Source: Lama glama | Lineage: Eukaryota | Assembly: GCA_028534125.1 (NCBI GenBank) | Contig: CM052816.1 | Location: forward strand, 26,104,001-26,168,000 | Length of the DNA: 64,000 bases | Reading direction: 5' to 3' | Shown here: positions 10,900 to 23,689 of the stretch, one piece after another | Position numbering within the stretch: position 1 is the stretch's first letter | How the letters are laid out: the number at the start of each line of letters is the position of its first letter | Position numbers and translations under genes: made by a program | The notes under the pieces: generated by a model | Seen by the model: only the letters and a program-made list of their open reading frames with translations | What the model was told of the DNA's origin: nothing | Databases searched by the model: none

Positions 10900-12930
10900 G
10901 TGTAAATGAGGGAGTAATCCGTATCACAGGACAAGGAGTGAAGATGATTGTGGTGATGGGAGAGAACATGCCAGTGTAAAGAGAGAGTTTTTATTCAGGG
11001 CTGTGGATTGTTGCCATGTGAGAATGTAGAGCTTTTGTTTTGGGATATTTATTTTTCATCCTATATTTCAACCTATATATTTCAAATTTTGAATTTTTAT
11101 GTGAAGCTCCTATGGATGTATCTGCAAGAATCAGTAATCATACAAGTTTATCATGGGTCCAGGATCTGTTTGTGTTCAAGCCTCTTTGACAGTTTCAGTG
11201 CAGTCCAACTCTTAGGAGGCACATCAGTCATCCCCCAAAGAAAGCAATTTGGACTTTCTGTGTGCTATGTGAGGTACCAGATCCAGCCACTCGTTTTCCA
11301 GTGGGAGTCAATGGCCATATCTCATGCACTGAACTATAAGAATGTAAGAACTATAGTAATGTGGTTAAAAAAAATGGAACGAAGCAAGGATCTGATGATT
11401 CTTGAAGGTTGGAAGCTGACACCTGCTCACAATCCTACCTCCTGAGAGATTTTGGATAAGTTTATCAATTTTCCCAACACATATTAGCAAAACCAGCTAG
11501 CTATCTGTGGAGTGATTAAGGGAGAAGGCAATGAAGTGCTGTTTTTCTGAAGTGGTGGCATTATGGGTGACTTGTGTCTTCTAAGAGAGTGACCCTGGAT
11601 ACAGCATTGACTCTAGAATTCTGACCATGGGATAGCCATATTCGACAGCAATGTCAGCTAGGATGTGGATGGAATGCTTTGGATGAACTCATTAAAGGGT
11701 AGGTTTTGTGGAATTTCATATACCGAATTCTGCATTCTCACCTGGTCATCTTAATAGAATGGGTCAGTACCTTGACTAGAGAATTAAATGAGGTCTTAAG
11801 AAAGTGTATGATGTATTGTTGAGAGCATTAGACCCTCCAGTTTCTTGGAATTGATAGACTTCTGCAGGGCTTGAGTTTCACCAAAACTCCCACCATAGCA
11901 TGTAACCCTGGGGATGTCTGATGTGCCCACACACACAGTGGCTTGCAGGGTCTCTCATGGGTACTTGAAAACAGCATACATTGCTAGGTAGAGGCAACAA
12001 TGACAGTGCTGTAGTAGGGCCAGGTGCCGAGTGCTTGCGTTACCACTCTGAGAGTCAACAAGGCAAGCAGAATGCTAGGAGACTAACTGAGACCACTGGT
12101 TAGGAAAACCTCCTACTCCTAACCAGTGTACCTCTTTGGACAGCCTCATGGTGGACGTTGTTTCAGAGCTCACATCCTCCATCCTCCTGTAGTCATGATG
12201 ATTGACACACTTCCTTAGATGGTGCACTTTATCCCCCAAATATCACCATCCCTCTGTTCTTCCCAGATTCATGATGATTTCTGCAACCCTTGTCATGAAG
12301 GAAGATATTTATGTCATGGAAGTACCGGCCTTTCCAGATAGCAGATACTTGGTCTGAGTTTGTATCTTGGATTTTGAGGGCACTGTTCAGATTCCTTCAT
12401 GTCCACCCACATGTTTGTCATCACCTGCTACAGACTGATGGCATGATGGAACAATTCAACTGCTCCTTCAAGAATGCCCTATTCCTACTTACCCTACACA
12501 AATCGTGACTTCTTTAGACACTGCAGAATCTGCACAGAACCACCCACCTCCTCATCCCCCCACAATAAAACCACTCTAGCAACTAACTCTTTGCTCTTCT
12601 CAGATAGTTAATCAGTGCCTATAGTAGTTACAGTACACTTAGGAGGACTTGCAGGACATACTCTGATTATCCTAGAAACCATGTTAAACATAATTTGTCT
12701 ATCACTAAACCCTAGGAGAGGTCATTTGAATAAGATACAGCATCTGAGTTTGTTCTTAAGAAATATCTGTGCATACTTAGAACTATAGGCTTGGTCCCTG
12801 GGAACTAATGTTGCCTTTGATGACTAGCGTTCGTGAATGGCCTTTGAAGGCCATTCTCAGCTCCAGGAACCTGGGAATTACTTTCTGCTGCATAAATATA
12901 GCCATGTTGCTTTGTACCCCATGATGGGAA
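10900..12930 (+). mobile_element. Decayed Ty3/Gypsy element A, 3' part: RT thumb, RNase H, integrase with GPY/F region
   Basis: ITGQGVKM (10923), WERTCQCKE (10957), KLLWMYLQES (11104), SVIPQR..VCYVRYQIQP..WESMAISHAL (11224-11330), HGYLKT (11956), SLMVDVVSEL (12142), VMMIDTLP*MVHFIP (12191, cf. VVVDRFSKM.HFIP), IADTWSEFVSWILRAL..QTDGMMEQFN (ORF 12311-12508), AESAQN (12523), LGPW (12790), LHKYSHVAL (~12885). Confidence 0.85.
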
Positions 12931-13324
12931 CATGGGAAAGCAAGTGATGGACAACAGCCCTGATCCAGACTTGCTCTCTGCCTTCTCTGTGGAGATGCTC
13001 TCTACCACCCCCAGCTCCACAGAAGTCTCATCAAATGGCCTGACTCAAAACAGCCTTTCCCCAAACAGAAGATCCTGAAATTTAGAAAGCCCCACATCCC
13101 TTCCTTGTCAATCATAATCCTTTCCATCCATCATGGCCCAGTTCAAGGGACTCCTTGTTTGGGGGAAGTGTTTCCTCATCACCCAGCCAGAATGAATGGC
13201 TCCTTCCTCTGAGCTCCCATTGGCATCTCCTGGAGGAGATGTATGGATGTATGTATGGCAAAAGTATGGATGCCAAATTGTATGGAGACTTCACGTGATA
13301 GATCTCGTACAAAGAAGAAATATC

Positions 13325-13505
13325 AAGTTGTTTAACTCACAACCACATTGTGAGATAGTATTTTAGCTCCACTGATAGGTAAGAAAACTAAGGCTCAAAA
13401 AAATATTATAACTTGCTTAAGATCACACTGATAGTAAGTAGTGGAACCAGGATTCATATATGAGTCTCTTTCACATTAAAAGTCTATGTTTCTCTCTACA
13501 GCTCA
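13325..13505. mobile_element. MIR
   Basis: ataggtaagaaaactaaggctc...acttgcttaagatcacactgatagtaagtagtggaaccaggattc. Confidence 0.8.
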
Positions 13506-13679
13506 GCTTTTAAGTTTATTTCATTTATTATGTGATATATTTAGTCTTTTACTTCTGAGTTGCTAAGTCAGTTGCTTCAGGGATCAAGAGGGTAATATAA
13601 TTGTGAGGAGTGGTCAAATGTAATTCAGCAAAGATAGTGCATGCTTAGCTTAAAACATTCAAATCAGACACCCAGCAAA

Positions 13680-13745
13680 ACAAGCCAACAAGCAAGGCTG
13701 GAGGCCAGATTTGCCTACAGGCCATGAGTTTGTAAAGCCTGGTTA
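13680..13745. mobile_element. hAT-Charlie (MER58-like) terminal fragment
   Basis: ggccagatttgcctacaggccatgagtttgtaaagcctgg. Confidence 0.55.
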
Positions 13746-13889
13746 AACACCTGATTCTACAACTAAAGAACTTCATGATGGGGCCTGAAAACAACTCTTG
13801 TTAGCACACCCTCAGTGTCTTGTCCAAGCCCCTTCACAATGTAGATACCCAATAGGTGTCTACTCAATTAAAAGGAAAAATTTTAAATT

Positions 13890-15200
13890 TGCCTTAAATC
13901 TTAAAATTAATAATCATTTTGTTTCTAGAGACTCTATCCATACCAAGATAATTTAAAACTATTAAAATGGTTGGGTTAAAAATCTACCCCTCTCAACCAC
14001 CCATCTAGAATTCTGAGGTGAGAAGTGAGACACCAAGGCCAAAACTTACTGCTTGGTCTGATTCCCTTTTTTTTTTTTTTTTTTTGCCTCAGAAATCATA
14101 AAACAGATGCTTGGTTTCCCAGTGGCCCTGAAGATGTGGCCTGCTGAACAGGACAGAGTGATTTTACCACTGAGATGTGTTTTATTATTCACAAGCTCTG
14201 CTTAAATGAGGGCATTACACAGGGAAGCCTTGAATGAAGTTTAGCAGGCCTTATGCATATGGCGGTGGGAGCAGAGGTTCTGGCCAGTTCTTATCTCTGT
14301 AGGTTATCCTTCCCCACCAGCCAATACATCAGTCTAATTGGCTTCAAGGAGAAACCCTGGTATGTGGTTTTCAGAAATGAAAGAGAATTGCTTCAAGGAA
14401 ACTGAGATCCAAAGAACTCAGTCACTTACTGTTGGTTTTCTGACAAGAAAGATTTATGGATAATCTTTTATAAAAATTATAAAGCCTCTGAGCTAAAAAT
14501 AAGTACCTGACCCAAACTAGAGGATGAAGAGATTATTTTGTCATTCAGGAATGTATGTGCCTTTATGTTCTATTATTGTAGACTTTGTATAAATTTACAC
14601 ATACTAATTTTCTCAGTATGAAGTTCAAGATTGTCCTTAAAATAGAAGGCCCTACTGAAAGCAGAGTTCCCAAATTTATCTTAAAGGAGAGGAGCAGGAT
14701 AATTGTCCTGTAATGATTTTAAACCCTTGCTCATAGTAGAGTCATTTCAAGCAAATACTGATAAATTTTGGAAAACTTTCCAATAAACTTTGAGGTTTCA
14801 ACATCATGTATTATCATTCTGTGGCTACATTAACTACTATTTTGAAGGGTAGCCACAAAGACTGACCATGTGCAACTGGAAATCTTAAAACTCTTTCCTT
14901 ATGTTTATTTAAATGTAATTACCACATGTTTTGAATTAAACTTTGTACTAGTTTGCCCAGATTTCTTCAAATAAACTTATTCTTAGACAGACCTATATAG
15001 TACACTAATAACATGTGCAGGGCAATCTACTCCTCTGACATTAACTGCTTTGTTTTACATCCTCACTGTTTAGTTTGCATCTTGGGACATTCTCAGTAAA
15101 TCTCAGACTTGTCTTAGTTCCTCCCAGCAGTACTTGAGATGTTTTGAATTTTCTGTTGATCTTGGGATTTTGACTTGCCAAATTTCACCCCATTCTCTAG
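13890..15200 (+). mobile_element. Decayed Penelope-like element (RT plus GIY-YIG)
   Basis: FVSRDSIHTKI (13918, cf. VSFDV.SLFT.I), GITQGS..SLAGLMHM (14211), LEDEEIILSFRNV (14517, cf. ME.E...LPFLDV), TLYKFTHTNFL (14582, cf. TLYRKPTHT..YL), RSRII, ENFP, FPYV, then LFYILT..ILSKSQTCL (15049, cf. VVY.I.C..YIG.T.R.L). Confidence 0.65.
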
Positions 15201-15794
15201 TCCAAAAACATGCATCTTTCTGTACTTTCTGTGCTTTTCTCATTGTACTTGCATTACATTTTTTGTTGTTAAATTAATATTCAGTGTTTGGATTATTATG
15301 ACCATGTAAATGTGTAAATAGGTGAATGTGTAAATATGACCATATTCACAATGAATCCTATATTATACTATATTTAATATATATATATGGAGTCCTTTTT
15401 ATTTTCTCTGAAACTCATGATTTCGGTGGTTCAAGATGAGCACGCGCTTTACACCTCATTCTTTGCTGACTTCCATTTGGCCATTTCATCCAATTGTTAC
15501 CCATCTGACCCTGAAGGAATTGTTTTCCCTGATCCTATAATCCATGCTAGTACTTTCTAAAAGAGCTCTAAAACTCTTTTCAGTCTAGGCTAACCCATCA
15601 GGTTGTCTGTCAGTTCCTTTATTTCTCTTAGAAATTCCCTCCTGGACCCCTCCAGCCTCCATCTCTGATGTGTACTGGTTGTTCTTTACACCCACTGCAC
15701 AACTGTTGTCCTGAACTTCTGCTCTAGGATATGGTAGCATACAGAAGTACCCAGTCTCCTTTATCTTTTCAGGAATCCCCACTCTTTACAATGT

Positions 15795-16180
15795 ATCTTG
15801 GCAGCAACTCCCAGCAAGCAGGGACATTTATTTCCCTGCCCTTGAATCTTGGTTGTCTTTGTGACTTACTTTAGCCAATAGAAGTGATGATGTGCCTCTT
15901 CCTCTAGACAGACTTCCTCTTTTGCTCTTGGAACCCTGCTCCTCCATGACAACAATCCCAGTCTGGTTGGAAGATGAGGAACCTTGCAGAGCCAAGATGA
16001 TCCACCCTACTGAGACTGTCCTAGATCAGATAGTCCCAAGTTGATCCAGAATGATTGCAGACATATGAAACCATCTGAGCTTAGCTCAACTTGCCACCCT
16101 GTGGAATCTGAAGCTAAATAAATAACTGCTATTTTTCAGCCACTAACGTTTTAGAGTTGTTATGCAAAATCTAATACAAA
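15795..16180 (+). mobile_element. MLT1 (MaLR) solo LTR
   Basis: tttccctgcccttgaatcttgg...gtgacttactttagccaataga...aataaataactgctatttttcagccactaacgtttt...gttatgcaaaatctaataca. Confidence 0.85.
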
Positions 16181-16329
16181 CAGTTGCAGGAGAACATGCC
16201 AGGTGGATTTATGGGAGGAGTAGAGACTGCATCTTGAGGATGTGGTAATGATATCTGTCCTCACTAGGCCTTGGGAGCAGGGGATTTTGATGTATCAGCA
16301 GCAGCTTTGGTTCAAGAATATACTGAATG

Positions 16330-16742
16330 TACTTTAAAAGAAGTTCGGAGATAATTCACATACCATAAAATGCACACCTTAAAAGTATAGCATCTAGTGG
16401 ATTTTAGTATATTCACAAGGTTGTGCAACTGTCACCACTATCTAATTCCCGAGCATTCTTATCACCCCTAAAAGAGACACTACACCCATTAGCAGTCCTT
16501 TCCACTCCCCTCTCCCTCAACCCCTGGCAACCACTAATCTACTTCTGTCTCTCTGAACCTGCCTCTTTGGGACATTTCATATAAATGGACGTAAAATATG
16601 TGGCTTTCTGTGCTTGGTTTCTTTCAATTAGTGTAAAATTTTAAGTCTTATGTTTAGATCTTTGATCCATTTTGAGTTAACTGCTGTATATAGTGTGAGG
16701 TAGGGAGTCCAACATCATTCTTTGCAAGTGAATATCCAGCGA
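16330..16742 (-). mobile_element. L1 3' end (L1MB-like)
   Basis: gagataattcacataccataaaat...cccctggcaaccactaatctacttctgtctct. Confidence 0.9.
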
Positions 16743-17435
16743 GTGCTTTTCTAGCTGAATGTATTCAGTGTGGGGGTGAAATTCTAATACAAGAGGCAAG
16801 CGTAACAGCACAAGCTCAGAAGTACTTTCTCATAAGGTAATGTGAGATCTGTGTTACAAAACAGACCTCATCCTCAGGCAGCACCAAAATTCTAGGAATG
16901 CAGAAGGCAAAAAAGGCACATGTAACTAAAGTAACATTGGATGGAAAAGATAGGCACCGCAGATACTTCCCGGTGATTGGGTTCCCACCATTTCAAATGT
17001 CTCAACTTTGTAAGTAGGCAGCAATATCACAAATGCGCTCTGAGAAATGAGATAGCAAGTATTTGCCACAGAAATGGCGAATGCAGAATGCCAGCATTAA
17101 CATTTTGCTGGGAGATTTCAGCCAATTGCTTATAAGTTTATAGTTTGTGGATTCTGGATAACAGATGTCAACTTGATTGCATGTGGAGGTGCTGAACCAA
17201 AAGATTTTCCATCTACTTTATTTCCCTCAGTTATCTTTGAATCTTTACGGTATCATTGAATGTTTGCTCTATGTCCTTTAGCAACTCTTAGAATGGGTTC
17301 TCAGAGTACACTTTTGCCTGCGGTAACAGTTGATAGAGACTGGGAGTCCTTGTTTCCTTAATTTGGTGGTTTTGGAGCCAGAGCTATACTAATCTTGTGT
17401 GTCACATGAAATCTCTAGGATCATAGAAAAGGAAC

Positions 17436-18223
17436 TATAATATTGTGATTGACAATGAGAAATACGTATTTGGTCTTTGTCCTGTTTTAGCACAGAGCTC
17501 TTAAAACCCTTGGACTTCCCTAAGAGATGAGACTGGTAAAGATGTTTTTGTTATGTTAAGTGAAAAGGAAAGCACCTAAGCATAGAGGCTAGTTGCCAGT
17601 GGGGTTAATCATGTGATTAGAGAATTGGAACTTTCAATCCCCCTACCCCACCCCTGAAATCTGGGGAGGAGAGAGGGACTGGAGATGGAGCTCAACCATA
17701 ACAGCCAGTGATTTAATCAATCATGTCTGTAATGAAGCCTTCATAAAAACCCAGAAGGATGGGGTTCAGAGAGCTTCTGGACTGGTGAACACATAGCGAT
17801 TCGGGGAGAATGGTTTCCCAGTAGGGCATGGGAACTCCTAGTCCTTTCCTTATAGCTTGCCCTATGCATCTCTCCCATCTGGCTGTTCCTGAGTTATATA
17901 TATCCTTTAATATTCTTTGTAATAAACTGGTAATCTAGTGAGTAAACAGGTTTCCTGAGCTTTGCGAGCTGCTCTAGCAAATTAATTGAATCCAAGAAGA
18001 GGGTGATGGGAACCTCTGATGTATGTATAGCCAGTCGGTCAGAGGCACAGGTAACAACCTGGGCTTGCTATAGGCATCTGAAGTGGAGGACAGTCTTGTG
18101 GGACTGTGTCCTTTGTTGTGGAGTCTATTATCTCCTGGTAAGTGTCAGAACTGATTTGAATTGTAGGACACCCAGCTGGTGTCTGACAGTTGTGTGATGG
18201 TATGGAAAAATGCACACACATCA
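17436..18223 (+). mobile_element. MER21-family LTR
   Basis: tattgtgattgacaatgagaaatacgtatttggtctttgtcc...cacagagctcttaaaacccttgg...aataaactggtaatctagtgagtaaa. Confidence 0.9.
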
Positions 18224-19169
18224 GAACTGGGTCTGGCATCTGATGGATGCATACAGAGAACTGGCACTGAACTAAATACTGGTTTTAATGTCAAGAATGA
18301 ACTACATCCATCCCAAGGGGAGATAACTCAGGATGCAGCTGCTGAAAGAACAATTACTTAACTGAGGCATCAGGAACTCCTTTACCTGAGAGATGAATGA
18401 ATACTAAATTAGGGAGGGTGTATTTTGAACTTTAAGAATTTCAGACTTAGGACCACTAAGTCACTCAGTCAAGAAGAACTGATTCTTAAATTTAATGCCT
18501 TTGGATTTTAACTTGCAAAAACTTACTCACAAGGGCAAGATAATTTGATTTGGACTTTAATATAAAATGTGATACTTTTGAATTTTAATATGATAATGGA
18601 GGGTATTTATGTTAAAATCTGAGTCATCTCTACATTGTTGACATTTTATTACTGGAGTATCTCTTTTCATTTTTTATTGAATATTTTCATGTTGTCACTT
18701 AATCTCATTACTGACTCTCTGTAATGTGCCAGGACATCATTTAAGGCAAAAAATAAAACAGTGACTGGGTTTTCAGCCTTACATACAGAAGGGCTTTGAA
18801 GTTAATTTACTTAACGCATCATTTAAACTCATTTTAGGACATTGTTGGTGGGAAAATCAATATTGAATCCCCAGTGGTCTCAGGAGGATACCCAAAAGTG
18901 AATGATATTATGGAAATGACTTCATGAAGGGCTGTTCTGATACACACCTACTTTCACCCCATTGTGAGCCACCTACTCCTTCCCTCATCCTCAGCTGACC
19001 ATATACTTCATGGTTAAGCCCAGTGTGTTAAGAGAAAAAAACCCAAAGTTAGGGAATTTTTTGGTGAAATTCTTTTATTCTATTCCAGATGTTTATGTCC
19101 ATATAGGGGGGATCTCATACAGTGTAATTTCTGTCCCCTTTATCCCCTTTCCAAAGGGGAGGACCCAGG

Positions 19170-19449
19170 CTTCTCACTGTAAGACGCTTGATTTTTTAAA
19201 GGCAATATCCAAAAAGTAAGCATTCTAAGTACCTCAGGCAGAAGCTGCAAGGTTTATAGGTTTATGATAAAGTAGCCTCTATGGTCCCAGAATGTCATGT
19301 CTGTTATATTCTGTTCATTAAACAAGTCACTAAAGCCAGCTTGGTTTCAGGGGAGGGAAATTAGATTGTACTTTGTGATGTGAGGAGCAGCAGGCTGGTC
19401 CATGCCAGGTAGGATTAATGGTGGCCTTCTCTGGAGACGATCTACCACA
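19170..19449 (-). mobile_element. MLT1 LTR fragment
   Basis: ttctgttcattaaacaagtcactaaagccagc...ggggagggaaattaga...ggagacgatctaccaca. Confidence 0.75.
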
Positions 19450-20590
19450 CGTATTAATGCCTTCCTCATCCTTATACTTTCAACCAGTCTCTGCTTCATA
19501 ATTAAAATATGTTTCTTAGAAACAGCATAAAGTTGGGTCTTAATTTTTTTTAATCCAATCTAATAATTTCTGCCATTTAATAAATATGTTTAGTTCATTT
19601 ACACTTAATATAATTATTGGTATAGTTGCTAAATAGCATATGTTATTCTTTGTTTTATGTTTAATCCACTTCTTCTTTGTTCCCTTTTTTCTCCTTTCCT
19701 GTTTTCTCTTGAGTGAATTTCATTTGTCTCAATGTTCCATTTTCTTTTATGCATTGTCTTCGTAATTCTTTGTGTTCAATTTGTTTTTAGTAATTGCTTT
19801 AGAGTGTACAATATAAATTATTAAATTGTCATCTACTTTAATGAATAGCATAAGTGCCTTAAAAAAATAATTCCTTCTGTCTTCTTCCACACTTTGTGTT
19901 CTTATCATTTTATATTTTACTGCTGTGTATGTTATAAATACCATAGTAAATGTTTGTGTTTTTGGTTTAGTCAAAAAATTTTGAAGAATAATATATTTAT
20001 ATGTAAATGTAATATAATCTATAATATATAATATAAAGAAATCATATTGTATATACTGCATATTATATTATGTAAAACATATGTTGTGTATATGTACAAA
20101 CCTATGATAGATAGATGGACAGATAGATGGATAGATACATACACCATCTCAGGGGGCATCTCTCACATCTCCTCTCCCTCTCCTCTTTAGGTCTCCTGCT
20201 CCCAAGCACTCAGTGAAGACCCATGGAAAAGACATGGTGAGTGATTAGAGACTCGCTTTGTTGTTGGCTGAGGCTTCTTTGAATTGTAATCCATCATGCT
20301 TCCCACACTACGGTACTAAAAGGTCGTTAGAATTTTGGCCACTAAGTCTATGATGGATTCCTCCTGCTGCTGCCCATCTGCCAGATATGAAACCAGTGCT
20401 AAGTCTTTTTTCTCCTGTAAAGAGTTCCTCACTCTCTGGAGTGTAGTTCATTTTAGTTTCTTTGGGTCCTCTTCTTATGGGTTTGTAAAAGCTGATTGTG
20501 TAGCTTTTCCAGCCTTCTGTTGTTGTTAGGTTTGTTCCTTTCTATGTGTGAATTAGAGCAGAATTTTCCAAATTCTTCAAAACTGAGAGA
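19450..20590 (-). mobile_element. Old L1 fragments with AT-rich and (TAGA)n simple repeats at ~19990-20140
   Basis: aaacagcataaagttgggtctt...atccaatctaataatttctgcc...ttagttcatttacacttaat, followed by an old L1 5'-like segment. Confidence 0.7.
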
Positions 20591-23500
20591 ATTGATATTT
20601 AAGGTTCCTTCATCCTCAAAGGCTTTTTTTCTCTTGAATTTGTCTAACTCATGTTTATCCACCAAGTTCCAGCTTAAACATCATTTCCTTGTGAGAGACT
20701 TCTAAGGATCCTTTTATTTCTCTTCTCGTTGTAAATCATTTTCTTTGTGAAATTCTAGTAGTTGTCATAGTGATGGGGCTGACCCTCTGTGCTTAATACG
20801 GCTATTGCAACAGAAAATGGGAACAGAGAGGGAGAGAGAGGATTTTCTGCATAATAGTTGTGTTTTTGTCTGCCTTGCGTTACTTCTGTTGTCTTTTATC
20901 AGTGGCCCCCTTTCGTTTGGACAAATGCGTCTCCCGTGTTCTCCACAGACTTGAAGGACTGTTACTGCACAGTGCCTCCCAGTACCTCCTCTGTTCTAGG
21001 TGGGCAAGTGATCTAGGCTGAGCCAACCATAGTACCTACTAGGACCAACATTGGGATTATTCAGTACTCCTTGACTGCAAGGCACAGTCTCCCACCTTAA
21101 AGAAGCTTAGTTAATATAGGCAACTCATTTGTAAATGTAACTGAAAAGTACAAGGAGTTTGTTTCAAAAACTGAATCCCAAGAATTTATTTTCAACATTT
21201 GGGTTTCACTTAACAATGAAAATAATGAGTGTTAACTTTCTATTCTTGTGTTATTTTAGATATTTCATTACTCAGTAGGCTCCTTATAGGAATAATAGGT
21301 CAGTGGATCTGGTTTCATTACTAATTCCTTAACAATTAGTCAATTTCCTGCAGTTAAACTGTTGCGTAACTTCTTTTGGGGCAGAGTACCCTATGTTGCT
21401 AAATGGAAAATGCCAGAACCATTGCAGCTCATTAACAAAAATCAGATTATTATGAAGAATACCTATCTGTGGCAATAATAATTTCTTCCATTAATTTCAA
21501 ATGGTCTAGTTTTAAGGACCCAGTGTCAACATAATGCAGACTATATAGTAGGATTTATTTACTACTTATTTACTTGACTTTCTCTTTTTCTCACTTACCT
21601 CTTCTTGAGCTCTCCTCTGTTTTCTCTCCCATATTTCTCTCTCTCCTTTGCTTTCTTCTCATCCATGTTGTTCCTCATTTCCACTCCTATTTATTACGTA
21701 TATCCCGTTTCTATTTTATTAGAATGCATATAAAGGAGACAATAAAACTTCATAAAATGGCAATTTACTGTGGCAGGATAGAGCAATGAAGAATCCCTGA
21801 AATGTTATAGCCTCCTCTGAGGGTGGATCAGTTTCCATTAAAGTCATTTAGTGGAAGAGAAGTTCCTGGGATGAGAATCTGGCAAAGCCTGATAGGCTCT
21901 GAGGCAGGGTTACTGTCTCTCCAGGGCTCTCCAGTTGGTGGGTTGTGATGATAAAACCAGCTAGCTCTGAGTCCAGGAGATTTTCATTTGATGAGTGGTC
22001 TGAACATCTACTTAGTGGTTATAAAATACTTGCTGCTGAAAGCCACAGAGCATTGATAAACAGATCCCGGACAGCTGAGTTACTGCAATCTACTTAACAT
22101 GAGGAGAACAAATTATGAGTCAAATGTTCCTGTTTAATAACCTCACTCAGGGCAGGGGGCCGCTCAAGGCTGGCATTAACCCTGTGTGCACTGTGCCTGG
22201 CCAGGATCTTGGCAAGGGCTGTGGGCATGGAAGCGAGACAGGTGAGCTTGCCGTTAGGTGCGGAGGTATGCAAAGAGGAAACTCTGAAAGGTCCATCTGG
22301 TAAAGGAAATAAGCAATTTGTAAGAGTGCCATATGGTATGAAATACACTACCTAGAACCTGTCTGTGGTTTACATTTCGTCTTTCTTATATTACACGTGT
22401 TTAGGTTTATTAAATCTTGTCTTCAGCATCATACTGTATGCTTGTATGGTATTAGGGGAAAGAAACGAATGTTTGTCTGTTCTCTATTAGTCATTTGAAC
22501 CTAGGTCAGTCATCTTGGCCCACATACTATAAATACTCTGGTTGAAATCTGACTCCTTTTCTGTTCTTCCAAGATTATGTTTTTCTTTAACGTACAGAAA
22601 GTGATAGCTTCACCTCACCCATGGGAAGCAGACTAGGAATACCTCTCCTGTGAGCGTAGTTCTAAAAAGTAAATGAATTGAAAGTAGTGTTCGTTTCTTA
22701 ACTGCCTCCCAGGCTTGCATTCAGGGGTACAAATGGAAGGTACACGTATACTAAGGGTGAGTGAACGTGCTTTTAGTGGGCAGTAGTGGGAGTTGCTGTT
22801 CATGACCTGAATGTTGTGAGAGTTTTGCTTAATCAGGGCTGCAGGTTGGTATGTGAGCCCAGCAAAGCATCTCTGTCCCACATCTCCACATCATTCACTA
22901 GCACCCTGCCTACTCACCTCCACCTCGTCTAGCAACAAGCACATGTGTACACACATGCATGCATATACCTGCAGTCCAGACCTGGACTCTGACTGCTCTG
23001 AAGCTTTTACTCCTACAAGACATTTTCATTCTCTTCTTGGCCTTCAAGGCTGGAATTGCCCCTGGAAAGCTACCTGCAGAATCCGGACACTCTACAGACA
23101 TAGAATTGGAAATAAAGGTATGCAAAGTAAATGTTTCACAAAATACACAAAACCAGATTAAGCCACACAGTATTTTTCTCTCTGTTGGCATACTCCCGAT
23201 AGTTCCAAATTGGTTTTCCTGAACCAGAATTTCCTTAAATGAAAATGCTCTGTACTAGGAAGGCTTTTAAAGACCTCTTCACCTTAAAGTGCAAACTTAG
23301 AAAGCAAAGTCTAGGTTTGGCATGCCACTTAAACCATGATTAGGAGAGCGTATCGGCGTGCTAGAAATAACTGATTTGTGAACCTCTTATTCTCAAGTTC
23401 TTGATTGCCAGCCAAGCTCCAAATCAATCCCAAAGAATGAAAAAATTCAGTAATAATGAGAAAATGGACTTTTCAAGCCAAAACCCAGGAAAGCATCTTA

Positions 23501-23689
23501 TTCTCCACATGCTGACTTCAGGCCACATAAAATGAAGAGCAGTGACTCTGTCCTGTCCTGAGGACAGTTGGCTATGTTGCCATACACCTACCCTCTCTTT
23601 TTTTAGGTCTCCGTTTCCTTATTAGCAAACTGGAGACCAATTTTGCTAGCTTTCTCTTTGGAATAGAATGCATTCCTGATAGCTGAAAA

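Larger units (their letters stand above)
16770..23420 (+). mobile_element. Decayed RTE-X (L4/L5)-like LINE, EN plus RT, split by MER21, MLT1 and L1 insertions
   Basis: ILIQE (16781), ILLGDFS (17102), EYTF (17304), GRVP..WK (21380), IYLVVI..KA (22006), GMQRG (22265), ILYACMVL (22431, cf. LLYADDMVL), SKIMFF (22568), WKVH, AVQTW..LQDIF..AESG (ORF 22959-23222), RKAF..ERI (23255-23355). EN-RT linkage is inferred. Confidence 0.6.

Noticed and set aside
11008..11445. 145-aa ORF as a functional RTL/SIRH-type domesticated gene
   Set aside because: Non-ATG start, degraded catalytic residues, and flanking pol sequence full of stops and frameshifts; best read as a fossil RNase H region
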